This document shows positions 19,301 through 28,725 of a DNA stretch of 64,000 nt, in pieces. Below the pieces are notes generated by a model. It was not told where the DNA came from. It was given only the letters and a program-made list of their open reading frames with translations, and ran no database searches. Origin of the DNA: Bdellovibrionales bacterium (GTDB taxonomy: Bacteria > Bdellovibrionota > Bdellovibrionia > Bdellovibrionales > JAGQZY01); assembly GCA_964230555.1 (NCBI GenBank), contig CAXRIX010000169.1, positions 862 to 64,861 of the forward strand. Direction: 5' to 3'. Each line of letters begins with the position of its first letter. Within the stretch, counting starts at the first letter, position 1. The translations under genes were made by a program, and so were the position numbers.

Positions 19301-20350
19301 AATTTTGTTCGAACCAGCCAGGTTGGCGGTGATCGAATCGATAACAACACTTTGTTTGGAGGGCGCTCGGGCTTTAATGTTGAAATCTCCAATTTTGACT
19401 TTGCCGACCTGCATGTTTTCAAAATCACCGTCAACTTTGGCAGCGATTCCATTTCTCTTATTTTTTTGCACGAGAGTAAGATCGGATTTGATGACACCTT
19501 TAATATCATCAAAGTAGGAGTTCTTGTGGACGACGTTGCTCCATTCCTTTAAATCTTGAAAGTTAGAGCTAATCCTGGTGTTGACGTTCATTTCAGTAAT
19601 ATTGGTCGGGATATTGTCATAAATAAGATTGCCTGAAGCTAAAAAGAAAGATGTGTCTTTAACAACTTTGATTTTTGATAACGAGATCGTGTTTCTAGTG
19701 ATCATAATCTGAAAGTCGGTCAGAAAATTAAGTGACTCGCCTCCGGCAATCGTTTGCACGCCGAAATTGGGGTCCTTAACGGTCAACATCAGGCTGCTTT
19801 TCTCGTTGAAAGCTTTAATAAAAAGATCATCGGCAGAGATTTTCAGGTCTCTGCCGTAGTTCAGATTTAATTTCACATTTTTAACAATCAGTTGAGAAAG
19901 AATTAATTTTTTTAAAATTTGATCAAGGTCAAATTGGATATCTTCTTCTAATGTGCTTTCGCTGGATGTCTTTTTAATATCAATATCTATCTCAGAGCCC
20001 TCAATGCTCAGCAGACTGAACCAATATTTTCCGATCAGGACGTCAAGGAGGCTTGGGCGAAGGGCGATCTTTTTGATTTTCGGTAGTTTGTTGAAGGTGA
20101 CGGGGCTTGCGAACTGGTTGAGCTTCTCCAACTCTTTAATTTGAGCATCATAAGCTTCAATCTGTAACGGAATGATTGAAATCTCCACGCGATCAAACTC
20201 GATAGCGAAAGGCAGATGGTTTTTTGCATAATTTTCGGTTCTTCGTTGGATAAACCTCTCAAGCTTTGGTTTTTCCCAGATGTAGAGATAAAGAAAACCA
20301 CTGGCCAAAAGAAGTAGGAATGAATACAGAAAAATTCTTTTCTTACTCAA
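16355..20350 (-). CDS. tamB: Translocation and assembly module protein TamB-like (AsmA-like/DUF490)
   Basis: 1331 aa with an N-terminal signal anchor (IFLYSFLLLLASGFLYLYIW) and a long beta-rich body. The C-terminal DUF490-like end reads ...VTYELNNDLSTIFRI...GVDLEYRVEFD. Confidence 0.8.
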   Translation of the reverse strand: MSKKRIFLYSFLLLLASGFLYLYIWEKPKLERFIQRRTENYAKNHLPFAIEFDRVEISIIPLQIEAYDAQIKELEKLNQFASPVTFNKLPKIKKIALRPSLLDVLIGKYWFSLLSIEGSEIDIDIKKTSSESTLEEDIQFDLDQILKKLILSQLIVKNVKLNLNYGRDLKISADDLFIKAFNEKSSLMLTVKDPNFGVQTIAGGESLNFLTDFQIMITRNTISLSKIKVVKDTSFFLASGNLIYDNIPTNITEMNVNTRISSNFQDLKEWSNVVHKNSYFDDIKGVIKSDLTLVQKNKRNGIAAKVDGDFENMQVGKVKIGDFNIKARAPSKQSVVIDSITANLAGSNKIIISNAKVNIDEKTTLSADLNVENAQLHSFLKQSTIADIPVWLKVGGQLKCNGSYEKTLNIQCPGALTVSDLKIQNKGRSKNIVTAKKIDIAGTVVITEKAISYKAQAKLNETQGESSGTIDFSKGFDIKYKSDRLDFSEIGPIADLKFLGMAKTEGFTKGDSRSAIFGMEIEAENFEFENYFFGNMKSTLNYKSGSLYFNPLEGSLESTRYKGTLQVDLIEEKIVGDIQLPFFRMADVQQAILKKVDLQDRFLGSGSGRIQLDTPFEISQLNFKLDARLFKGKAFGEDYNEARIKAQAVDGIIIIQEGQLQKEKTEFQLRGTLDTELESQLSFVVSQGFLQLSSRLKEYNIPISGEFTAKGKILGNLGNPTIKTSAEITNLIFNKKKYDDAIFSYDNSNKQTNLQFNIPENLELLVLFPESSFDSIFINLNAKEFDVAPLLGYAVSEEATRSYMIHTSGELSGKFDTKNFWNSEFSSTISNVKFEYKSNKMETTIPTNIELKNGQLFLNEISFIGNRQHIKVNQAYTEKFRTKFIINSRINIAFFKIFAPFIEKVDGYSTVRLELSLNHSDFKLIGSSYTTDSFLKFPGFPHAFENLSADILFNQNRVLINSISGELAGGNVLGNGEVKFPGDGEFDLFVNTSMENVTIDFPEGFRTSGNGTISLSGSKPPFLLAGEYNVLEGLIDSNFDQGGGGESTDLLEELLKKEITSPLILNLDIHTKNPVEVRNNLVEGYILGDIKVFDKIDAPRIKGEAHFDENAIIRFRDQEFEVTSSSFVFEGQTPINPKLSLRSQTRMQGYDIELFLQGRATKPVLNWSSQPPLPESQIVSMLALGTLPDQFNQNNSTTGVNNNGTGVNNNETQGFEVGTSLLSNNPLGKELKERYDVDVQFSSSFDDQNNAAVPKVTLRRKVSKKLQVSVSATTGNTNQQEGRVTYELNNDLSTIFRITNRPDDTNNINSNSNVRQSNPFGVDLEYRVEFD

Positions 20351-21371
20351 AACTATCCTCTTTCCATTGTGCTAAAGTTTCGGAGGCCGATTTGAAGTTG
20401 GGGCGCATAGATGCGATTTGCCCCATCAAATCAATGGCTTTTTCTTTCTCTCCCAATTCCCAATAAGCCACAGCTTCAGCGTAGGAAATGGAAAACAAAG
20501 CGTCGGGATATTGTGCATACTTTTTCTTCAGAACCTGGCAGTGATCCAGTAGCGAGACATATTGCTTCCCCGAAAATAAATAGTCTAGAAGCTGCCAGTC
20601 TTTTATTTCTTCATCATCGGTTTTGTAAATAAAATCGATCGCCTTGCTATATTCACCCATAGACCGGAAAAAGTAGGCCAAATCACCGGGTTGAACATTT
20701 TTTGAAGTCAGAAATTGGTCCGCTTGGGTCGATAGGGTGGCAAGCAGTTTTTTTTCTTCGTCATTGAGACTTTCAGAATTCTTATTCTTTAACGGGTGCC
20801 GGTGTTTGTTGAGTTTTGACAAAACTTTTGTGGCATATTGTTTTTCTTGATCAGTGATCAGGCGGGCGACATTGAACTCATTAGGAGAGATTTTCTTGAG
20901 TTCGTTCATATAATGCATATGCTGTTCCGTCAGTCTTTCCGACTGAGCGATTCGTGCCGAGGCGATCAGTTCTTGTTTGGCCCGCAGGACTTTCTGTAAA
21001 AACCTTTGCCGGTCTTTGATTTTAAGGTCGGTAATGAGATCGGTCATGGTCGTGGGTCGTCGAGATATCATTTTTTGTTTTTTAAAGTTTTCAACAAACT
21101 CCTGAAATAAATCGTCGGCCACCGTGACCCTTGCATAGGTTAAGATGCTTAAAGCTTTAATCCAGGGGATTTCAAGAATTTGACTTTGCAGGTCGACTGC
21201 AAACAGGTAGAGGAAAAGTTTGTGTTGTCGGCCGTGAAAAAGAAAATTATAAATCTCCGTCTTTTCCTCGGGATAGATATCAATCCACTCGGTTCGCAAT
21301 TGGGCGCGAAGGGCTTTCTCATCATGGTCTTTGAGAAAGGTTTTAATAGCTTGTTTCCAAACACTCGACAA
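20343..21371 (-). CDS. Hypothetical protein with C-terminal TPR-like repeats, translationally coupled to the tamB-like gene
   Basis: No signal peptide. The C-terminal AEAVAYWELGEKEKAIDLMGQI segment is TPR-like. It overlaps the tamB-like start by 8 nt. Confidence 0.5.
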   Translation of the reverse strand: MSSVWKQAIKTFLKDHDEKALRAQLRTEWIDIYPEEKTEIYNFLFHGRQHKLFLYLFAVDLQSQILEIPWIKALSILTYARVTVADDLFQEFVENFKKQKMISRRPTTMTDLITDLKIKDRQRFLQKVLRAKQELIASARIAQSERLTEQHMHYMNELKKISPNEFNVARLITDQEKQYATKVLSKLNKHRHPLKNKNSESLNDEEKKLLATLSTQADQFLTSKNVQPGDLAYFFRSMGEYSKAIDFIYKTDDEEIKDWQLLDYLFSGKQYVSLLDHCQVLKKKYAQYPDALFSISYAEAVAYWELGEKEKAIDLMGQIASMRPNFKSASETLAQWKEDSFE

Positions 21372-21505
21372 AGTTGTACCTCAGGTTGCAGATCCCGTAC
21401 GGGTCTATCTATATTATGGAAGGAAAAGTGCTGGTTGTCTGCTAATGTGCGTCAATGTGGGCTTTGGTCACTCTGTTAAAAGTCTTAAGCCCTTTTGGCA
21501 GGCTT

Positions 21506-22069
21506 TTAGGAGTTCGATCTTTCCATGTACTCGCCGGTGCGAGTATCCACCTTTAACACATCCCCTTCATTGATATGCAAGGGAACTGTGACCGTTAGTC
21601 CAGTTTCTAAAGTGGCTGGTTTGGTGGCGCCAGTCACCGTGTTGCCTTTTAGTCCAGGGTCGGTTTGCGTGACCTTTAGTTTGACGGTGTTCGGGACATC
21701 AATACCAATAGCCCGGTCGTTAAAAAACATCACACTCACTTCAAGGTTCTCGATCAAGTAGTATTGATTATCACCGAGATCTTCTTCTTGTATGGAATGT
21801 TGGTTGTAGTTTTCTTTATCCATGAAATGGAAGCCATTTTCATCTTTATACAAGTACTGGCAATCGCGAGTCATGACGTCGGGGACACCAAATTTTTCGC
21901 CGGACTTGAAAGTCTTTTCGAGATTCGAGCCGGTTAACATATTCTTCATTTTAGTGCGGGTGAATTGGTTGCCTTTACCAGGTTTAACATGTTGAAAATC
22001 AACAATGGCATAGGGTTGATCGTCGATTAAAATTTTAAGACCTTTTTTGAAATCAGAAGTTGTGTACAT
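21506..22069 (-). CDS. efp: Elongation factor P
   Basis: MYTTSDFKKGLKILIDDQPYAIVDFQHVKPGKGNQFTRTKMKN, 187 aa. Confidence 0.95.
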   Translation of the reverse strand: MYTTSDFKKGLKILIDDQPYAIVDFQHVKPGKGNQFTRTKMKNMLTGSNLEKTFKSGEKFGVPDVMTRDCQYLYKDENGFHFMDKENYNQHSIQEEDLGDNQYYLIENLEVSVMFFNDRAIGIDVPNTVKLKVTQTDPGLKGNTVTGATKPATLETGLTVTVPLHINEGDVLKVDTRTGEYMERSNS

Positions 22070-22111
22070 GAAAACCTCACGGAAAGTGCACTGAGTCTGT
22101 CAATTCCGGCT

Positions 22112-22867
22112 TTAAGGGTCAATATTCTTGCGCTGTTCGATGCGTTGCAGCCACTTCTGATAGAACTGTTTTTTAAACTGTAAAAACTGCAGTGCTGGGT
22201 TTTCCTCTTCCTGGGTGTCGTTTTGCGGAGATTCGCCAAGAGCTTTCATTAAAATATCTTGTCGTTTTTGCAAAGCGCTAGAGTCTGGCCACTGCAAAAG
22301 CGCGGCTGTGGTGATTTCTAAGGCGTTTTGCCGGTCACCGTAATTGATAAAACTTTCTACCAAATGCAAAGCATCGTCCTCGGAAGGAAGCTTGTGCACC
22401 CAGTGATCGTAACCATCCACACTGAATGATTCGGGTCCGGATTCGGTGGGAATGTTATCGAGAAATTCCCACTTCTTAACCGTCTTAATGATGGCTTCAT
22501 CATTGGGTTTTAAAATAAGTAATTTTTTAAATGTTTTCAGAGCGGCCGGATGGTTACGCATTTTCAGATAGCAATGTCCCAAAATTTTAAGCGCCAGAAT
22601 GTTTTCGGGTTTTAATGCGGTGGCCTTCACTAAAAATTTGGCGGCTTGCCGAAAATCTTTAATTTCATAGAGAACTTTAGCATGCGACACCAGGCCTGAA
22701 ACGTATTCTGGATTGTGTTTCACCCCTCGAGTGGTCACTTCTAAGGCTTCTTCCAGAAGGCCCATTTGTCGGTAAGCTTCGGCCAGACTGGCAAAAACCG
22801 GAGACCGTGGATCTTTAAGCAAAACCAGCTGCAGTTCTTCAATTTTTTTGGGGTCATACTGACTCAT
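22112..22867 (-). CDS. TPR repeat protein
   Basis: Several 34-aa repeats, e.g. ASLAEAYRQMGLLEEALEVTTRGVKHNPEY and HAKVLYEIKDFRQAAKFLVKATALKPEN. Confidence 0.6.
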   Translation of the reverse strand: MSQYDPKKIEELQLVLLKDPRSPVFASLAEAYRQMGLLEEALEVTTRGVKHNPEYVSGLVSHAKVLYEIKDFRQAAKFLVKATALKPENILALKILGHCYLKMRNHPAALKTFKKLLILKPNDEAIIKTVKKWEFLDNIPTESGPESFSVDGYDHWVHKLPSEDDALHLVESFINYGDRQNALEITTAALLQWPDSSALQKRQDILMKALGESPQNDTQEEENPALQFLQFKKQFYQKWLQRIEQRKNIDP

Positions 22868-22927
22868 GTCATGATTTTTTCACCATTTAGGTGTGAATGC
22901 AATGGAGTTCTAGGTTAGGATCGAGCT

Positions 22928-23434
22928 ATGAAAGTTCTTGGAATCGACCCTGGGACTCTCAATTTAGGGTGGGGGTTCATAGAATCAAAAGATGGTAAAT
23001 CTTGGCAGCAGGTGGAGCATGGAAGTCTGCATGTGCCGCAAAAGATGCCATTTTATGAGCGCCTCCATGTTCTTGATGAGGGTCTCTCTGAAATCTTTAA
23101 AACATACTCGCCGGATGCCGCTGTTATCGAGAAGATCTTTCTTGGAAAAAGCGTCGATAGTGCCTTTAAGTTAGGACATATTCGAGGTGTTTGCGCGGCG
23201 CGCTGTGGGCGCCATGGAGTGGAAGTCGTTGAGTATGGTCCGCGCACCGTTAAAATGCAGATCACAGGCTCTGGAGGCGCCGATAAGGCGGTGGTCCGAC
23301 AGTTCCTCTATCAACAACTGGGCTTGAAAAAGTCCAATAAAAGTTTGGATGCCACCGATGCGTTAGCCCTCGCATTTTGTCACTTTTTGCATAATAGTAT
23401 CAAAAGCAAACACAAGGGGATGCGACTGCGATGA
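22928..23434 (+). CDS. ruvC: Crossover junction endodeoxyribonuclease RuvC
   Basis: MKVLGIDPGTLNLGWG...AVIEKIF...DATDALALAF. Confidence 0.9.
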   Translation: MKVLGIDPGTLNLGWGFIESKDGKSWQQVEHGSLHVPQKMPFYERLHVLDEGLSEIFKTYSPDAAVIEKIFLGKSVDSAFKLGHIRGVCAARCGRHGVEVVEYGPRTVKMQITGSGGADKAVVRQFLYQQLGLKKSNKSLDATDALALAFCHFLHNSIKSKHKGMRLR

Positions 23435-24006
23435 TTTCTTTTCTTTCCGGACAAGTAATAGATAATGAAGACGGTGTGCTCACTTTATTATGCCGAGGTG
23501 TGGGTTACGAAGTGACCTGCTCAACGAATACCGTCAATGATATTGAAGACCGTAAAATTGTCCAGCTCTGGGTGCATACTCATGTTCGGCAGGATCAATT
23601 CCAGCTGTTTGGCTTTTCTAGCAAAATCGAAAAGAAATTGTTTTTAAGTTTGTTAAAGGTCAACGGTGTCGGTCCCAAAATGGCGACTTTGATTTTGTCT
23701 GGTGCCAGTCTTGATCACATTATTGATGCCATAGAAGCGAAAGATGTGAAGGCTCTTACGGCGCTGCCGAAAGTGGGTAAGAAAACGGCGGAGCAGATGA
23801 TCTTGACCTTAAAAGGAGCCTTGGTCATGGACAAAGGCGACAAAAAGCAAAATGTTGAACCGGCCAGGCCCCATAAAGAGATCCTTTCGGCTCTTACCAA
23901 CCTTGGTTTTCGTGCGGCAGAGATTGAAGAAGTTGTATACGGTTTGCCAAAAGACATTGATTTCGAACAGGGTGTCCGCGACAGCCTAAGACTCCTTTCA
24001 AGGTAA
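23431..24006 (+). CDS. ruvA: Holliday junction branch migration complex subunit RuvA
   Basis: MISFLSGQV...FGF....[19 protein letters not shown] HhH motifs. It sits between ruvC and ruvB with overlapping stop/start codons. Confidence 0.9.
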   Translation: MISFLSGQVIDNEDGVLTLLCRGVGYEVTCSTNTVNDIEDRKIVQLWVHTHVRQDQFQLFGFSSKIEKKLFLSLLKVNGVGPKMATLILSGASLDHIIDAIEAKDVKALTALPKVGKKTAEQMILTLKGALVMDKGDKKQNVEPARPHKEILSALTNLGFRAAEIEEVVYGLPKDIDFEQGVRDSLRLLSR

Positions 24007-25019
24007 TGCCGATGGATGTGATGGAACGAAACAACGAGCTATTGTCGACAGCGGAAACAGTCACCGAGGCGCATTGGGAGAACCGATTGCGTCCCAGTCA
24101 GTTTGATGATTTTCCCGGGCAAACAAAAATCGTTGAAAAATTAAAAGTTTATATTCAAGCCGCCAGTAAGCGTAAAGAGCCCATTGATCATGTTTTACTT
24201 TCGGGGCCTCCGGGGCTAGGAAAGACCACATTGGCTTTCTTGTTAGCGCAAGAAATGAATGTGGAGATAAAGACAACCTCCGGGCCGGCGTTGGACAAAA
24301 AGGGAGACTTAGCTGCCATTTTAACCAGTCTTCCAGAAAATTCTGTTTTGTTCATTGATGAAATTCATCGCCTCAATCGAACTGTCGAGGAGTATCTGTA
24401 TAGTGCGATGGAGGACTATTACCTCGATATTATGGCCGGTGAGGGACTGGGTGCCCGCTCTATGAAATTCCAATTGGCACCTTTCACTCTTATTGGCGCC
24501 ACCACTCGAGCCGGTCTTCTGAATGGTCCATTTCGGGATCGTTTTGGTATTGTCGAGCGTTTGATTCCCTACGAAAAAGACGAGTTGGTGAAGATCCTTG
24601 ATCGTTCGGCCCGCCTTCTGAAAGTGGACTTACAACCTGAGGGCGCTATCGAAGTGGCGCGACGCTCGCGCGGAACCCCCCGAATTGCTAACCGTCTGCT
24701 GAAAAGAGTTCGAGACTTCGCAGAAGTGGAAAATCAAGGCGTCATTACGTCTGAATTGGCTAAAAAGGCCTTGGATCGCATGGAAGTGGACCATCTTGGG
24801 CTTGACGATATGGACCGAAAAGTTCTAGGTATCATCTTAGATAAATTTGACGGTGGACCTGTTGGCATTGAAACTTTAGCGGCGGGACTTTCTGAAGATA
24901 AAGGAACCATCGAAGAGGTTTACGAACCTTATTTAATTCAAGAAGGGTTAATTCAAAAAACACCTCGCGGACGCATCATAACAGAAATGGGCAAGACCCA
25001 TTTTCGATCAATCGAATAG
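24006..25019 (+). CDS. ruvB: Holliday junction DNA helicase RuvB
   Basis: Walker [12 protein letters not shown], plus LFIDEIHRL and [18 protein letters not shown]. Confidence 0.95.
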   Translation: MPMDVMERNNELLSTAETVTEAHWENRLRPSQFDDFPGQTKIVEKLKVYIQAASKRKEPIDHVLLSGPPGLGKTTLAFLLAQEMNVEIKTTSGPALDKKGDLAAILTSLPENSVLFIDEIHRLNRTVEEYLYSAMEDYYLDIMAGEGLGARSMKFQLAPFTLIGATTRAGLLNGPFRDRFGIVERLIPYEKDELVKILDRSARLLKVDLQPEGAIEVARRSRGTPRIANRLLKRVRDFAEVENQGVITSELAKKALDRMEVDHLGLDDMDRKVLGIILDKFDGGPVGIETLAAGLSEDKGTIEEVYEPYLIQEGLIQKTPRGRIITEMGKTHFRSIE

Positions 25020-25028
25020 GTAGATAAG

Positions 25029-25937
25029 TTGTTTTTACAGAAGACATTAAAAAACAAAGCAGTCATAAAAGGTGTCGGTCTTCATAAAGGAATTGAAACC
25101 TCCTTGTCTTTTTGTCCGGCGCCCGTCAATGCCGGAATTCATTTGGTGCGAACCGACCTGGAGGGCTGCCCGTCTGTACCGATCCATGTTGATCATGTCA
25201 CCGCAACCTCATTGGCGACGACCATTGGGACCGACCGCTTTGCAGTCTCAACAGTGGAGCATTGTCTGTCGACTTTGGCGGCCTTTCGTATCGATAACGT
25301 TTATCTTGAACTCAAGGGCAGTGAAATCCCGATCGGCGATGGCAGTGCTAAAATTTTTATGGATGAGATCGGCAAGGTTGGCACCATCGAGCAGTCGGAG
25401 CCCCGTAAGTACATTTATATCACCAAACCCATTTACTGCGGTACTGAAGAGAAGCACGCTTACGTTGTGCCTTACAACGGACTTCGCTTGAGTTGCACCA
25501 TCGACTTTGAAACCAAGGCCATTGGTCAACAGTTTGTCGACATCGATATTAACGAGCAGACCTTTGCCAGTGAACTGGCGCCAGCGCGCACTTTTGGTTT
25601 CGTTCGCGATATCGAAAAAATGCGAGAGATGGGATTGGCCATGGGTGCCTCCCTGGACAACGCGATCGGAATCGATGGCGACAAAATCGTGAACCCTGAA
25701 GGGTTGCGTTACGAAAACGAATTTGTTCGTCATAAAGCCATGGATGCGTTGGGTGATCTGATGACCCTTGGGCGCCCATTGATGGGGCATGTTGTGCTTT
25801 TTAAAGCAGGCCACGACCTTCTCAATCAGTTGGTGCGTAAGATTCTGGATTCTCCGGAGTGTTTTCAAGAGCTTGAGCTGGGAGCCGGTCTTCCTCAACA
25901 TGAGGCTTTCGAGGTTCCATTCGGTGGAAGGGCTTGA
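25029..25937 (+). CDS. lpxC: UDP-3-O-acyl-N-acetylglucosamine deacetylase LpxC
   Basis: TTG start. Contains QKTLKNKAVIKGVGLHKG, TVEHCLS and HKAMDALGDL motifs. Confidence 0.9.
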   Translation: MFLQKTLKNKAVIKGVGLHKGIETSLSFCPAPVNAGIHLVRTDLEGCPSVPIHVDHVTATSLATTIGTDRFAVSTVEHCLSTLAAFRIDNVYLELKGSEIPIGDGSAKIFMDEIGKVGTIEQSEPRKYIYITKPIYCGTEEKHAYVVPYNGLRLSCTIDFETKAIGQQFVDIDINEQTFASELAPARTFGFVRDIEKMREMGLAMGASLDNAIGIDGDKIVNPEGLRYENEFVRHKAMDALGDLMTLGRPLMGHVVLFKAGHDLLNQLVRKILDSPECFQELELGAGLPQHEAFEVPFGGRA

Positions 25938-26030
25938 CCCCTTCGCCTGTCAAAGGTAATTCCAAACCATAAAAATTATGGAAGAACAGGGGTTCCCTAA
26001 AGGGGAAGAGCTTTCTGGCGAGGAGTTATC

Positions 26031-27143
26031 ATGATTATCGGAGTACCAAAAGAAATCAAAATTAGTGAAAACCGGGTGGGTTTAACAGAAGCCGGAGTTC
26101 GCCAGTTAACCTTAGAGGGACACAAGGTCTACGTGGAAAAAGACGCCGGACTGGGTTGTATGATTCCAAACGAGGCCTATGTCAAAGCCGGAGCCACCCT
26201 GCTCGACACAGCCAAAGAAATTTATGAAACCGCTGAAATGATCATCAAGGTCAAAGAGCCTCTTCCGGACGAGTACGATTTATTACAAGAAAACCAAATT
26301 CTATACACCTACCTGCACTTGGCTGCTGAGCCCCATTTAACGAAGGCTCTCGTCGATAAAAAAGTCAAAGCTGTGGCTTATGAAACCATCGAAGATAAAA
26401 AAGGCGGTTTGCCTCTTTTAACACCGATGTCGGAAGTGGCGGGTCGAATGGCGACGCAAGTGGGAGCTTTCTATTTACAGAGAGACAAAGGTGGAAAGGG
26501 AATCCTTTTAGGTGGAGTGACGGGAGTCAAGAGAGGTCGAGTGACCATTCTTGGTGGTGGAGTCGTGGGAACCAACGCCGCCCAGATGGCGATCGGCTTA
26601 GGTGCTGAAGTGAGCATCATTGATGTGAGCCATAATCGCTTGGAGTATTTGGATCATATTTTTGGAAACCGTATCAACACTGTTTATTCTAATCGTCAGA
26701 ATATTGAACATATGGTTTTGCGTTCGGATTTAGTCATCGGAGCGGTTTTGCTTGCCGGACATAAAGCACCGAAGTTGGTGACCAAGCAGATGATCGAAAA
26801 GATGAGCCCAGGATCGGTGGTTGTGGATGTTGCCGTTGACCAAGGTGGTTGTATTGAGACTTGCAAACCAACAAGTCACACCAATCCGACTTTTGAAATC
26901 AATGATGTGATTCATTACTGCGTGCCTAACATGCCGGGTGTGGTGGCTCGTACATCGACCTATGCATTGACCAATGTCACCTTTCAATACGCCTCAGCGA
27001 TCGCACAAATGGGCTTAGAAGAGGCTGTGCGCGCCCATCCACTTCTTGAGAAAGGTGTGAACTGCTATGGTGGAGCTGTGACCTATAAGCCAGTGGCCAC
27101 TGATCTCGGTATGGAATACACACCGTTTTCTAAAATGCTTTAA
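26031..27143 (+). CDS. ald: Alanine dehydrogenase
   Basis: MIIGVPKEIKISENRVGLTEAGV and the NAD fold ILGGGVVGTNAAQMAIGLGAEV, 370 aa. Confidence 0.95.
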   Translation: MIIGVPKEIKISENRVGLTEAGVRQLTLEGHKVYVEKDAGLGCMIPNEAYVKAGATLLDTAKEIYETAEMIIKVKEPLPDEYDLLQENQILYTYLHLAAEPHLTKALVDKKVKAVAYETIEDKKGGLPLLTPMSEVAGRMATQVGAFYLQRDKGGKGILLGGVTGVKRGRVTILGGGVVGTNAAQMAIGLGAEVSIIDVSHNRLEYLDHIFGNRINTVYSNRQNIEHMVLRSDLVIGAVLLAGHKAPKLVTKQMIEKMSPGSVVVDVAVDQGGCIETCKPTSHTNPTFEINDVIHYCVPNMPGVVARTSTYALTNVTFQYASAIAQMGLEEAVRAHPLLEKGVNCYGGAVTYKPVATDLGMEYTPFSKML

Positions 27144-27148
27144 AACCA

Positions 27149-27853
27149 TTATTTTAAATTGAAATAAATGGACCCAAGGATCTCTGTGCGAAGCATGGGG
27201 GTCCTTTGTTTTTTAAGGCTTGTTTTAACTTTTGGATGAGGGTGGCCGTAGCGTTTTTTTCTGGCACTGACCACCGCAAGCTGCGGACGCGTGTGATGCA
27301 GGAGTTTTTCTGAGGTGCTGGTTATACTGCCGTGATGTCCGATCAGCAGCACGCGCAGTCGGACGGGAAGTTTCCAATACCACTTGTTCTCCTCACTTTT
27401 CGGAGCATCCCCGGTAATCAGCACTTGCTTTCTAAATAGATAAATTAAGCTTGAGGCGTTGCGACCTTTGCCGTCAGAGCCGTGGGAAATAATTTGGATA
27501 TCCGGATGAAGCCTTAGGCAGCGAGGTACTTTTTTAAAAATTTTGCGGTGACTGAGTTTGGGGTAAAATACGCAAACATCGGATGCGTGTTTTTGAAAAT
27601 GAAACAGGCCGTTGACATGGTCCCAGTCGTCATGGGTGATGTAAACTTGATTTTGTTTGTGTTGGCAGTGTTTAAGAATGTCGGGCCACGGAAATGTTTC
27701 ACCTCCCATGTCGAAATGCACGCATTGGCCATTGAAGATCCAAGTGCTCCAGGAACCTTGTCCGACATTCCACACGACAAAATTAAAACCCGCTTCAAGT
27801 CCTATTGGAATGGAGTTCAAGAAAATAAACAAAGCGCATAGTGTGTGTTTCAT
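27149..27853 (-). CDS. ComEC-type metallo-beta-lactamase-fold domain protein (C-terminal module of a split ComEC)
   Basis: WNVGQGSW...VHFDMGG...ITHDDWDHVNG...GHHGS motifs match the ComEC MBL domain. The ATG overlaps the upstream ORF's stop (ATGA). Confidence 0.7.
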   Translation of the reverse strand: MKHTLCALFIFLNSIPIGLEAGFNFVVWNVGQGSWSTWIFNGQCVHFDMGGETFPWPDILKHCQHKQNQVYITHDDWDHVNGLFHFQKHASDVCVFYPKLSHRKIFKKVPRCLRLHPDIQIISHGSDGKGRNASSLIYLFRKQVLITGDAPKSEENKWYWKLPVRLRVLLIGHHGSITSTSEKLLHHTRPQLAVVSARKKRYGHPHPKVKTSLKKQRTPMLRTEILGSIYFNLK

Positions 27854-28725
27854 TGGCGCCGCTTTTGAATAATAACTTGAATCACAAAATGCATGACCAA
27901 ACAGTAGAGCCAGAGAGTCAGGGGGCTGACTTGCCAGGGTGGCGACGGTGGCGTTTGCAGGGGTTTTGATAGGATCATGGTCAAGGCGTTAAAAAGACTC
28001 CACAAGAGATCCCCTAGAGGCTGTAGCCAGGAAAGGCAAACCGTGAGGAAACTAATGGGAAACAAGACGGAGCCCACCCAAGGAGCGAGAAAGGTGTTGA
28101 TTGCAATCGACCAAGGCGACAACCACTGGATTGTTGCGATGATTGGAAAAGTAAAAACATAAACCAATGCCGATTGTGATAAAGCCTGTCGGCCTAGAAT
28201 CAGACCCAGACAGGCCATCCAGCTTAGAGGAAGTCCAATGGAATAAATTTGGTCGGGCGCCAAGGAAAGGCAAAAAACAACACTCACCAGCAGTCGTTGA
28301 TGGGGGCTTAAATGCAAATCATGGTTCTTGCTGAAATCGCCAAGAGCTAAAAACACCCAGGCTCGCAAAGCCGCCATTGGAAAGGCCGTCGTCGCGACAA
28401 AGGCCAACAAAAGGGGAAGGCGTAAGCTAGAGATTCTAAGACATTTTAAAACAGGGGCGAGCAGTCGACTTAAAAAATGCAAGTGGGCACCAGACACCAC
28501 AAACAGATGGATGAGCCCCAAGTGCTGAAGGGAGTTCTTAAACGGAGAGGTTTGCAGTTTTTTTCCGCAAACTAGGGATTGGTAGAATTCCTGGTGGGCT
28601 GAAGGCGGGGAGAGGGCTAGGCAATATTTGTTAATTTCTACACTTAAGTATGAAATTTCATAAAAAAAATCTTTTAAAAGAAAGCCTATAATTAACGCAG
28701 AGACGATTATGAAATACACAGTCAA
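27850..28725 (-). CDS. ComEC/Rec2 competence-domain membrane protein (N-terminal module of a split ComEC)
   Basis: Polytopic membrane protein with LGLIHLFVVSGAHLHF, the competence-domain signature. No OB-fold/DUF4131 region is present. Confidence 0.7.
   Translation of the reverse strand: MTVYFIIVSALIIGFLLKDFFYEISYLSVEINKYCLALSPPSAHQEFYQSLVCGKKLQTSPFKNSLQHLGLIHLFVVSGAHLHFLSRLLAPVLKCLRISSLRLPLLLAFVATTAFPMAALRAWVFLALGDFSKNHDLHLSPHQRLLVSVVFCLSLAPDQIYSIGLPLSWMACLGLILGRQALSQSALVYVFTFPIIATIQWLSPWSIAINTFLAPWVGSVLFPISFLTVCLSWLQPLGDLLWSLFNALTMILSKPLQTPPSPPWQVSPLTLWLYCLVMHFVIQVIIQKRRQ

Noticed and set aside
25248-25901. 217-aa antisense ORF inside lpxC, and similar long antisense or alternate-frame ORFs at 29075..29536, 34343..34912, 42429..42974, 55770..56213 and 56797..57169
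   Set aside because: Each lies entirely within a confidently identified gene on the other strand or frame. Their compositions are skewed (for example the poly-Phe or Arg-rich mirror of the IF-2 Lys repeat), as expected for shadow ORFs.
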